Positions 47,769-55,320 of a stretch of DNA of 59,446 bases are shown piece after piece. The translations under genes were made by a program, and so were the position numbers. Numbering within the stretch: position 1 is the stretch's first letter; every line of letters begins with the position of its first letter. Location of the stretch: the NCBI GenBank assembly GCA_045538295.1, contig JAZSRD010000058.1:1-59446 (forward strand), written 5' to 3'. Source of the stretch: Eubacteriales bacterium. Its GTDB lineage: Bacteria > Bacillota > Clostridia > Oscillospirales > QAKW01. The notes beneath the pieces are model-generated. The model was not told where the DNA came from. It did not search any database and worked only from the letters and a program-made list of their open reading frames with translations.

Positions 47769-48290
47769 TTAATTAAAGTAAACCACTTGGAAAAGGTAGT
47801 CGCCCACGCCCAGTTGCTCTAAAAGGAGTACCAGTAAAAAGGGCAGGACCACCACCAGGGGCAGCCAGCACCACCAAAAGAATTTATGGGGTTTTACTGT
47901 TTTTTTATATGCCATCTGCTCCTCAATGGTAAGATCGGCAAAAGCCTCTGCCCGGATATGGCGGATCTCCGGGCTGAGCCCCCGAAAGCCCTCCAGCTCG
48001 TCTTGATAGGCAACCTTCAGTTCGTTGCGCATAATGGCAATAAATACGCCCCCCATAACGATAGAGAGCACAAATGCCCACTGCCAAAAGAGCAGGGTAA
48101 AAAAGCATAAATTCAGCAGCAGCGGCCATACGGTGTTGGTGATTAGGGCAAGGGTGCCCCGCCGCATGGTGATGTTGTGCCGCTTAAAAAAGAATTCAAA
48201 GATGCAGTATGCCGCCAAAAGTGCCAGCACCACCGGAACGATATGCCCGGCAGAAAGCGCATCCATCCAAGGTAAAATGGTATATTTCAT
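47769..48290 (-). CDS. hypothetical polytopic membrane protein
   Basis: 173-aa ORF with 4-5 hydrophobic segments. I recognise no motif. Confidence 0.45.
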   Translation of the reverse strand: MKYTILPWMDALSAGHIVPVVLALLAAYCIFEFFFKRHNITMRRGTLALITNTVWPLLLNLCFFTLLFWQWAFVLSIVMGGVFIAIMRNELKVAYQDELEGFRGLSPEIRHIRAEAFADLTIEEQMAYKKTVKPHKFFWWCWLPLVVVLPFLLVLLLEQLGVGDYLFQVVYFN

Positions 48291-48444
48291 AACCGATCTC
48301 CGTTTTATAGATTTTTTTCATTTTAACACTTTTTTGCCGGAAAAGCAATCCGTGTTTACGAAACGTTTACATATTGTTTCCTTGAAAAACAGCAATAGCC
48401 GTGTTAAAATATGGAATATAGTATATTAAAGGAGAAATATTACC

Positions 48445-48912
48445 ATGAGTTATTGCAAAAACTGCGGTAAACAATTAATAGAAGGGGCAGTGGCCTGCAC
48501 CGTTTGCGGGTGCCCTGTTGGCGTGGGTGCCAACCATTGTGATGCCTGCGGCGAAAAATTGGTGCCCGGCTCTGCCTATTGTGTTCACTGCGGCCATGCG
48601 GTGGTTCCCTCGGTAATGGTGCAGTCCAAACCGCCCCGTTCCTGCTCTCGCTATGCGGCAGCCATCTTCGGCATCGTGATGGGTGCCTTTGGTGTGCATA
48701 GCTTCTACCTGGGCAACGTGGGCAAAGGTCTGGGTCAGATCGCCGTTGCCCTTGCCGCCTACTGCCTGGTGATGCTCAACGTGCTTCCCGGCTTTGCCGG
48801 TGCCCTTCTTGCCGGGCTTTGGGGCTTTATTGAGGGCGTGCTGATTTTGGTGGGGGATATTAAAACCGACGAAGAGGGCAATCCCTTACGCCAATGGGGG
48901 GACGATGCATAA
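48445..48912 (+). CDS. zinc-ribbon plus TM2 domain protein
   Basis: Three CxxC pairs (CKNCG, CTVCG, CDACG, CVHCG), then a TM2-like GAFGVHSFYLGNVGKGLGQI. Confidence 0.7.
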   Translation: MSYCKNCGKQLIEGAVACTVCGCPVGVGANHCDACGEKLVPGSAYCVHCGHAVVPSVMVQSKPPRSCSRYAAAIFGIVMGAFGVHSFYLGNVGKGLGQIAVALAAYCLVMLNVLPGFAGALLAGLWGFIEGVLILVGDIKTDEEGNPLRQWGDDA

Positions 48913-48923
48913 AAATGGCACAT

Positions 48924-48987
48924 TTTCCGCCGATTCCAACGCTCGGCGTATCACATACGCCTTCGGATCTTTTGAACAAGATCTGTA
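48924..48987 (+). repeat. solo fragment of the family-1 H4 hairpin
   Basis: TTTCCGCCGATTCCAACGCTCGGCGTATCACATACGCCTTCGGATCTTTTGAACAAGATCTGTA. The apex is identical to the 8404-8420 copy. Confidence 0.6.
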
Positions 48988-49016
48988 TCCATTTTGACAC
49001 ATCTCTAAGAAAACCA

Positions 49017-49045
49017 TTGACACAAACCACAGGGTGTGGTATATT
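49017..49045 (+). promoter_or_regulatory. strong sigma-A promoter (TTGACA-17-TGgTATATT) for a short non-coding transcript
   Basis: TTGACA at 49017-49022, 17-nt spacer ending TGG, TATATT at 49040-49045. Confidence 0.6.
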
Positions 49046-49051
49046 AAAAAT

Positions 49052-49138
49052 AGAATAAGGCAAACCGATAGACGGTTCGCCCAAACTTTGTTAAGAAATA
49101 ACCGCTTAGTTTGGAGACAGGGCGGTTATTTCTTTTTT
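49052..49138 (+). ncRNA. candidate antisense sRNA (type I antitoxin), ~87 nt
   Basis: Bounded by the promoter above and the terminator AAATAACCGC-N15-GCGGTTATTT + TCTTTTTT (49098-49138). No ATG-initiated ORF. The 3' end is complementary to the last 13 nt and the 3' UTR of the minus-strand peptide gene. Confidence 0.55.
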
Positions 49139-49215
49139 GTCATTATATCGACAACAAGTGCGATGATTGCCACGATTAACGTTCCAAAAAGAAACATCGT
49201 TTCATAAGTAACCAT
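49126..49215 (-). CDS. 29-aa hydrophobic peptide, holin-like / type I toxin candidate
   Basis: Manual translation gives MVTYETMFLFGTLIVAIIALVVDIMTKKK: one TM helix plus a Lys tail. GGAGGG RBS 8 nt upstream, flanked by complementary CCCTCC and a decoy GGAGGG. Confidence 0.6.
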   Translation of the reverse strand: MVTYETMFLFGTLIVAIIALVVDIMTKKK

Positions 49216-49307
49216 AAGCACCGCCCTCCTTTCAGGAGGGAAAAGCGCCCTCCATTTTGTGAGAGGGCAACCGCCTACCGTTGTAGGTCCACCTTATTCC
49301 GTTGATT

Positions 49308-49336
49308 ATTTTATCACATTACGACAATTTATGCAA
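49308..49336 (-). promoter_or_regulatory. sigma-A promoter for the peptide gene (TTGCAT-17-TGaTAAAAT)
   Basis: The minus strand reads TTGCATAAATTGTCGTAATGTGATAAAAT. Predicts an ~85-nt structured leader. Confidence 0.5.
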
Positions 49337-49345
49337 GATAAATAT

Positions 49346-49379
49346 AACCGGAGCCAATGATCAACCATTGACTCCGGTT
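49346..49379 (-). terminator. terminator hairpin after the RHH gene
   Basis: AACCGGAG-N18-CTCCGGTT with T-rich sequence on both sides, 2 nt after the RHH stop codon. Confidence 0.55.
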
Positions 49380-49380
49380 T

Positions 49381-49557
49381 TTATTTCTTCAAATCAATTT
49401 CGCCGTTTTTCTCTTCAAAATTTCGAATACATTGACGAATTAAATATAAAATCTGCCCATTTGCTGAGCGACCCTCATATTTCGCAATGTAATGTAGCTT
49501 CCCATGTAATTCCGGGTCGACTTCAATACCCAAATGTTTGTTGTTCTTGTTTCTCAT
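49381..49557 (-). CDS. 58-aa ribbon-helix-helix (CopG/Arc-type) DNA-binding protein
   Basis: Manual translation gives MRNKNNKHLGIEVDPELHGKLHYIAKYEGRSANGQILYLIRQCIRNFEEKNGEIDLKK. Beta-strand/helix/helix pattern with GRS(x)N turn. AGGTGA RBS 5 nt upstream. Below the ORF-track cutoff. Confidence 0.65.
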   Translation of the reverse strand: MRNKNNKHLGIEVDPELHGKLHYIAKYEGRSANGQILYLIRQCIRNFEEKNGEIDLKK

Positions 49558-49572
49558 GTTATCACCTTTAAT

Positions 49573-49636
49573 CTTAATTTAAGTATATTTTAAGATTATT
49601 TTGTGGTACAATGTTGTTAGTATACTTAATTTAAGT
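49573..49636. promoter_or_regulatory. divergent promoter region with two copies of the palindrome CTTAA-T-TTAAG (candidate RHH operators)
   Basis: CTTAATTTAAG at 49573-49583 and ACTTAATTTAAGT at 49624-49636. Plus-strand extended -10 TGGTACAAT at 49604-49612. Minus-strand TTGTAC-18-TATACT overlaps the same DNA. Confidence 0.5.
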
Positions 49637-49665
49637 ACACTAAATCTTTGGCAAAAGGTGATTTT

Positions 49666-50109
49666 ATGACTTGTACATTTTTTGGACATAGAGATACACC
49701 CGGAGAAATAGAGCCGCTTTTACGGCGAGTTTTGTTGAATTTAATCCAAAAGGAAAAGGTTGATTTATTTTATGTGGGAAATCACGGAACCTTTGATTAT
49801 ATGGTTAGAAGAAATTTAAAAAGATTAAAAGAGGAATATCCCCATATCAATTATGCAGTAGTTCTTGCTTATATGCCGGGCGAAAAGAATGATTATAGAG
49901 AGGAGGATTATTCTGATACGATTTTTCCGGACGGACTTGAAAACACGCCACCTAAATATGCCATTATTAAACAAAATGAATGGATGATTGAAAGATCGGA
50001 TTATGTGGTTGTTTATGTTAAGCATACTTTTGGCGGTGCATCAAAGTTTAAAGACCTTGCAGAAAAGAAAGAAAAGAGGATAGTAGATATTAGAATGATG
50101 GCAGAATAA
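49666..50109 (+). CDS. SLOG-fold / DUF1273 (YpsA)-like protein
   Basis: MTCTFFGHRD N-terminus and FYVGNHGTFDYMV resemble the xxxTGxR and GxxxGxD motifs of DUF1273/SLOG proteins. Start at the ATG at 49666, behind AAGGTGA. Confidence 0.55.
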   Translation: MTCTFFGHRDTPGEIEPLLRRVLLNLIQKEKVDLFYVGNHGTFDYMVRRNLKRLKEEYPHINYAVVLAYMPGEKNDYREEDYSDTIFPDGLENTPPKYAIIKQNEWMIERSDYVVVYVKHTFGGASKFKDLAEKKEKRIVDIRMMAE

Positions 50110-50113
50110 ACGA

Positions 50114-50145
50114 GGCGGTAAAAAATCTTAAGATTTTTTACAGCC
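50114..50145. terminator. bidirectional terminator (CTGTAAAAAATC hairpin family)
   Basis: GGCGGTAAAAAATC-TTAA-GATTTTTTACAGCC between convergent genes. Confidence 0.7.
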
Positions 50146-50152
50146 CCGTTAA

Positions 50153-50974
50153 TCATTCAAAGGTTTCAAAAATGGCAGATGCTTTATAATTTGCTGTGAG
50201 GTTTTCCCCCTCCACGGATTTAACGGTCCAGAAAAAGACCGGGACGCCAAAAAGAGAGCGGCAGATCCGCAGGGAGATGTTTTTATGATCCTTATAATGG
50301 TAGGCAACAAAATCCGGGCGGGAGAGCAGGTGGATCAGCAGGTTGCGAATGGCAAAATCCAGCACCGGCGAAATTTTGGTGCCGCTTTTACGCAGGTAAC
50401 CGGCCAACTGCCCCCGCACCACCCGGGGTGCGTTTTTGCAAAACCACTGGATTGCTCGGGGATCAAAGGATTCCACGCAATAGGCGCCGCTATAATGGGT
50501 CAGCGCTTCGTAAACTGCCTTGCTCAGGGCGTTGTAGTTGCCGCCCACCACCTTCAGCTCAATAAGCAGGGGAACCTTGCCCTGCACCAGGTCGAACACC
50601 TCTTCCAAAAGGGGCAGGTGCTCCTGGGTTCCCTCCAGCCGCAGTGTCTTTAAGGTGTCCCAAGTGCTTTGCTCAATGGTTCCCTCTACGCCGCAGGTGC
50701 GCCGCAGGGAATCATCGTGCTCCACCACCAGTTTGCCGTCTTGGCTTAGGTGCACATCCAGCTCCATGCCGTAGCCCTGCTCCATGGCAAGGCGAAAGGC
50801 AAGGAGGGAATTTTCCGGCACCCCGGCCTTGATGTTGTGCAGACCCCGATGGGCGTAGCGGTATTTTTTAAGTTGCTGCAACAAAGCAGGGCTGTTTAGG
50901 CGGGGGGCGATCATAAACAGCCACACTGCCCCCGCCACTGCCAGTATAATCAATAAGATCAAAAGCAATTTCAT
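50153..50974 (-). CDS. glycerophosphodiester phosphodiesterase family protein, membrane-anchored
   Basis: YAHRGLH, PENSLLAF, GMELDVHLSQDGKLVVEHD motifs of the GDPD fold. N-terminal TM helix. Confidence 0.85.
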   Translation of the reverse strand: MKLLLILLIILAVAGAVWLFMIAPRLNSPALLQQLKKYRYAHRGLHNIKAGVPENSLLAFRLAMEQGYGMELDVHLSQDGKLVVEHDDSLRRTCGVEGTIEQSTWDTLKTLRLEGTQEHLPLLEEVFDLVQGKVPLLIELKVVGGNYNALSKAVYEALTHYSGAYCVESFDPRAIQWFCKNAPRVVRGQLAGYLRKSGTKISPVLDFAIRNLLIHLLSRPDFVAYHYKDHKNISLRICRSLFGVPVFFWTVKSVEGENLTANYKASAIFETFE

Positions 50975-50976
50975 CC

Positions 50977-52254
50977 TTAATCCTCTACGTCAAAAATTTC
51001 CAGCGCGCTTTGGGGCGCGTCGGGACGGTTATCTCCGTGCTTCACAAAGAACATGGTGGTGAACGCCAAAGCAGAGAAGATCAATGCATAGGGGAACATC
51101 ACCCGGTAGCCCCAGGGCAGGTAAGCAAACAGATAGCCGGAGAGGATGGGGGTCAGAATCTGCGCCGACATGGAGAAGGTATAGTAAAGACCGGTGTATT
51201 TCCCCACATCACTGCCCTTGCTCATCTCCACCACCATGGGGTAGGAGTTTACGTTAATGGCAGCCCAGCCAATGCCGATCACCGCCATAATGAGGTATGC
51301 CACAATACTGTAGCCGGGCAGAATAAAGCCGGTCAAAAAGGCGATTGCCAGCAGGGTCACGCCCCCCAAGATCACCTTTTTTCTGCCGATCTTGGCGGAG
51401 ATGGCGCCCACAGGCAGGTAGCTGGCGGTGGCCACCAGCATGGCAATGATCATCATGGTGGCGCCTACGCTTTGGCTTTTGCCCCACACGTCCTGCACAT
51501 AGCGGGAGTAGGCGGTTTCCACTGCGTTATACGCCATAAACCAAAAGGAAACGGAAAGCAGGATCAGGATCAGGCTCTTTTTTACCTCTTTGGGCATGGG
51601 CTTCTTTTCGCCGGTTTCGGTTTTCTCTTCCGGCTCGGGGGGCATCTCTGCCACCAGTTTATTTTCCCGAATGGTCAGACCCAAAATGATGGCGCACGCC
51701 ACCATAAAGGATGCCACAATGGAGAACACGATGGTGTAATTCCCCATGGAATTATCTTTAATAAACATAGAGATGGTCAGGTAGGTAAGAATACCGCCCA
51801 GGGAGCCCATCAGGTTGATTACCGCATTGCCCTTACTGCGCAGAGGCTTGGGGGTTACATCCGGCATCAGTGCCACGGCGGGGGAGCGGTAGGATGCCAT
51901 CACCAACAAAAGCACCGCCAAAACACCCACAAACAGGGGCAGGTTTTTGGTGTTGTTGGCAAAGGGGATCAGCAGCATGAGTGCCGCCGCCAGCAGAGAA
52001 CCGATAATAATAAAGGGCTTGCGCTTGCCAAAGGGGGTGCGTACTTTATCGGAAATAGCGCCGAACAAGGGCAGCAGGAACACGGCCAGCACATTATCTG
52101 CTGCCATAACGTAGCCGCTGATGTCGTCGGTTACGCCAAAGGTTTCCTTTAGCATCAGGGGCACGGCGTTGTTGTATAACTGCCAAAAGCCGGAGATGGA
52201 CATAAATGCCAGCCCGATCAAAACGGTGCGTTTGTAATTTAACTTCATAAACAT
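50977..52254 (-). CDS. MFS transporter (glycoside/SLC45-like)
   Basis: 425 aa, 12 predicted TM segments, central charged loop. 3-nt gap to the GDPD gene, suggesting an operon. Confidence 0.75.
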   Translation of the reverse strand: MFMKLNYKRTVLIGLAFMSISGFWQLYNNAVPLMLKETFGVTDDISGYVMAADNVLAVFLLPLFGAISDKVRTPFGKRKPFIIIGSLLAAALMLLIPFANNTKNLPLFVGVLAVLLLVMASYRSPAVALMPDVTPKPLRSKGNAVINLMGSLGGILTYLTISMFIKDNSMGNYTIVFSIVASFMVACAIILGLTIRENKLVAEMPPEPEEKTETGEKKPMPKEVKKSLILILLSVSFWFMAYNAVETAYSRYVQDVWGKSQSVGATMMIIAMLVATASYLPVGAISAKIGRKKVILGGVTLLAIAFLTGFILPGYSIVAYLIMAVIGIGWAAINVNSYPMVVEMSKGSDVGKYTGLYYTFSMSAQILTPILSGYLFAYLPWGYRVMFPYALIFSALAFTTMFFVKHGDNRPDAPQSALEIFDVED

Positions 52255-52290
52255 TCTCCCAAAAATTTAGTTCTCCTTTATTTTAATGGT

Positions 52291-54663
52291 TTATGAAAGG
52301 GAAGTCAACTGCTCTGCGGAAAAAAGTAATTCAACAGGAAGCGTATCGTTTGGCAGGGTGCCTGCCACGATCTGCTCTGCCAAGCGGCTGCCGATTTCCT
52401 TTTCAATCAAGCGGTGCACTGAGCGGGCACCGTAGCGGCGGTCGCGCCCTCGGGCGGCGGCTTCAAGGGCCACTTGGGGAGCAAATTGCACCCGATGCCC
52501 TTGCTGTGCCAGCCGTTGCTCCAATTCTTTTAGTTCCAGGGCGGCGATCTGCTCCAGATGGGGCAGTTCCAGGGGAGAAAAAACCACGATCTCGTCCAGC
52601 CGGTTTACAAACTCCGGGCGAAAGGCTTTGGTCACCGCCCGTTGCACCGTCTTTTGGGGATCGGCGGTGGTCCCCTCTCCAAAGCCCAAGGGATCCTCTT
52701 GCAGGGCGGCGGTGCCTAAATTGGAGGTTAAAATAATAATGGTGTTGCGAAAATCGGCGGTTTTTCCTTGACCGTCGGTGAGTTTACCCTCGTCGAATAC
52801 CCCCAAGAGAATGTTTAATACGTCCGGATGGGCTTTTTCGATCTCATCCAATAAAATAATAGAGTAGGGGCGGTTGCGCACCTTGCTCACCAAGCCTCCG
52901 CCCTGATCAAAGCCAATATAACCCGGCGGGGAGCCAATAAGGCGGGAGATGGAGTGGGGCTCCATATATTCCCCCATATCGTATTTGATCAGGGTATCCT
53001 CATTGCCAAAAAGTTCCTTTGCCAAGAGCCGGGCAAGGCGGGTCTTGCCTACCCCGGTGGGACCGCAAAAAAGAAGGGTACAGGCAGGCTTGCGGGGGTC
53101 GCATACGCCGGTTTTGCTCCGCAGCAGGGCGGCGCAAAGGGTGTGTACTGCTTGCTCTTGCCCGATCAGTTGCCGGCAGATCTTTTCTTCCAAGCCTTGA
53201 TAAAGGCGGTTGCCCTCCGGGTCGTCGGCCTTTAGGGGAATGCCGGTTTTTTCTCCCACCAACGCCGCCAGTTGAGCGGGGGTAACGGTGCCGGGGGCAG
53301 GGCGGTCGTTGTGCTCCTGCAGGATCTTGAGCTGTGCGATCTCTTCCCGCAGCTGCAATGCCCCCGCAAAATCCTTGGCTTGCAGCTTGCGATCCAGTTC
53401 CAGCTGCTTTTGCCGTATGCGTGCTCGGTGATCTCGGGTGCTGTGGGTATAGGCTTGAAGCTGTTGCCGGGCGCCGGCTTCGTCCAATAGATCGATGGCT
53501 TTATCCGGTAAAAAGCGATCCCCCATGTACCGTTGGGATAGGCGAATGGCGGCGGTAAGGGTCTCATCGGGAAGGCGGATGCCGTGGTGCTGTTCCAAGG
53601 CGGGGCGAAGCCCCTTTAGGATCTCCAGGGTCTGCTCCTCGGTGGGCTCTTCCACCATAATGGGAGCGAACCGGCGCTCCAGGGCACCGTCCTTTTCAAT
53701 ATGCTTGCGATATTCCTCTAAGGTGGTAGCGCCGATCACTTTGATCCGCCCCCGTGCCAGGGCAGGCTTTAAAATATTGGCGGCATCAATAGCACCCTCG
53801 GCGGCGCCGGCGCCCACTAAAATGTGCATTTCGTCGATAAACAGCACCACGTTGGGGTCCTTTTCCGCCTCGTCCAGCAGTGCCCGCAGCCGTTCTTCAA
53901 ATTCTCCCCGGTATTTGGTGCCGGCGATCATGGCGGTAAGATCCAGCATGTGGATCTGTACATCCTTTAGGGCGGCGGGTACCTGCCCGGTTACGATCCG
54001 CTCTGCCAGCCCCTCCACAATCACTGTTTTGCCCACCCCCGGTTCTCCGATCAGGCAGGGGTTATTCTTACTTTGGCGCACCAAAATACTCATAAGGGCT
54101 TCCAGTTCCCGCTCCCGCCCGATCAGGGGATGGGTCTTGCCCAGCACCCCCTCTTTGGTTAGGTTTACCGCAAATTTGGCGGTGTTTTTGCCGGTGCGGG
54201 GCTTGTTTTTTTCCGTTTGCAGGGGCAGATCGGTCATCCCCATTCGTTCCCGGAGCATCGCCTCTATTTTTTTGGGGTCGCCCCCCGCATCGGTGAGCAG
54301 TCGGTGACCCATAGCCTCGGGTGTTTGGCACAGGGCGGCAAGGAGATGGTCGGTGCCCACCACCGAAAAACCGTTGCGGTGGGCAATGCCCCCGGCACGG
54401 GTAATGATCTGCTCCAGCCGGGGGGTCATATCGTTGATGGAGAGCAGGGTTGGGGTGCCGGTGCCAATGAGTTGCTCCATTTTTTTGGCGATCTTATCGG
54501 GGGTGATCCCCTTGGAGATCAGCAGGCGGGAGGCGATCCCCTCGGTTTCCTTTAGTAATCCAAACAATAAATGCTCACTTCCCAAATAGGTGTGCCCCAG
54601 CTCTTCGGCAAGGTTCAGGCTCCGCTCCAGAGCATGGGCTGCCAATTTTGAAAATCGTTCCAT
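52291..54663 (-). CDS. clpC: ATP-dependent Clp protease ATP-binding subunit ClpC
   Basis: Clp_N repeats, Walker A GEPGVGKT and GPTGVGKT, UVR-like linker KDFAGALQLREEIAQL, ClpP-docking PLGFG loop. Confidence 0.88.
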   Translation of the reverse strand: MERFSKLAAHALERSLNLAEELGHTYLGSEHLLFGLLKETEGIASRLLISKGITPDKIAKKMEQLIGTGTPTLLSINDMTPRLEQIITRAGGIAHRNGFSVVGTDHLLAALCQTPEAMGHRLLTDAGGDPKKIEAMLRERMGMTDLPLQTEKNKPRTGKNTAKFAVNLTKEGVLGKTHPLIGRERELEALMSILVRQSKNNPCLIGEPGVGKTVIVEGLAERIVTGQVPAALKDVQIHMLDLTAMIAGTKYRGEFEERLRALLDEAEKDPNVVLFIDEMHILVGAGAAEGAIDAANILKPALARGRIKVIGATTLEEYRKHIEKDGALERRFAPIMVEEPTEEQTLEILKGLRPALEQHHGIRLPDETLTAAIRLSQRYMGDRFLPDKAIDLLDEAGARQQLQAYTHSTRDHRARIRQKQLELDRKLQAKDFAGALQLREEIAQLKILQEHNDRPAPGTVTPAQLAALVGEKTGIPLKADDPEGNRLYQGLEEKICRQLIGQEQAVHTLCAALLRSKTGVCDPRKPACTLLFCGPTGVGKTRLARLLAKELFGNEDTLIKYDMGEYMEPHSISRLIGSPPGYIGFDQGGGLVSKVRNRPYSIILLDEIEKAHPDVLNILLGVFDEGKLTDGQGKTADFRNTIIILTSNLGTAALQEDPLGFGEGTTADPQKTVQRAVTKAFRPEFVNRLDEIVVFSPLELPHLEQIAALELKELEQRLAQQGHRVQFAPQVALEAAARGRDRRYGARSVHRLIEKEIGSRLAEQIVAGTLPNDTLPVELLFSAEQLTSLS

Positions 54664-54776
54664 GTTGCATCACTCCTTTCTCATTATTCTTGACAAGGTG
54701 TGCTAAATTCATTATATGATTGAAAAATTTTTCCTATTATGATAAAATGATATTCATTCTAAAAGGAAGTGACAAC

Positions 54777-55280
54777 ATGATCCATATTGTATTAGTGGAG
54801 CCGGAAATCCCCCAAAATACCGGCAATATCTCCCGCACCTGCGCCGCCACCGGCTGTGCCCTTCATTTGGTGGAGCCTCTGGGCTTTCGCATCGACGAAA
54901 AGGCGGTGCGCCGTGCAGGGCTGGATTATTGGCAATACCTGAACCTTACGGTACATAAAAGCTTTGAGGAGTTTGAAGCCGCCACCGCCGGGCAGGGCAA
55001 AAAATTTTATTGTACCACCAAGGGAAAACACACATATAGCGATGTGGATTATCGTAGCATAGAAGAGGATCTTTATTTTATCTTTGGTAAAGAAACCCGT
55101 GGTCTTCCGGAGAGGATCTTAAAGCAGCATCCGGAGGAATGCATCCGCATTCCCATGATCGGGGAAGCCCGGAGCTTGAACCTTTCCAATTCGGTGGCGA
55201 TCATCGCCTATGAAGCCCTGCGCCAGCAAGATTTCGGCGTCCTGAAACGGGAGGGTGAACTCACCGGCCGTATAGATTAA
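54777..55280 (+). CDS. trmL: tRNA (cytidine/uridine-2'-O-)-methyltransferase TrmL (SpoU family)
   Basis: IHIVLVEPEIPQNTGNISRTCAATG, IFGKETRGLP, IPMIGEARSLNLSNSVAI. Start at the ATG at 54777, behind AAGGAAG. Confidence 0.85.
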   Translation: MIHIVLVEPEIPQNTGNISRTCAATGCALHLVEPLGFRIDEKAVRRAGLDYWQYLNLTVHKSFEEFEAATAGQGKKFYCTTKGKHTYSDVDYRSIEEDLYFIFGKETRGLPERILKQHPEECIRIPMIGEARSLNLSNSVAIIAYEALRQQDFGVLKREGELTGRID

Positions 55281-55320
55281 GAAAAAACTGCCATATTAAA
55301 CCTATCGGGAGGTATGGCAG

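Noticed and set aside
54664-54776. CtsR operator upstream of clpC.
   Set aside because: I found no tandem GGTCAAA heptads on either strand of the spacer, and ctsR/mcsA/mcsB are absent from the locus.
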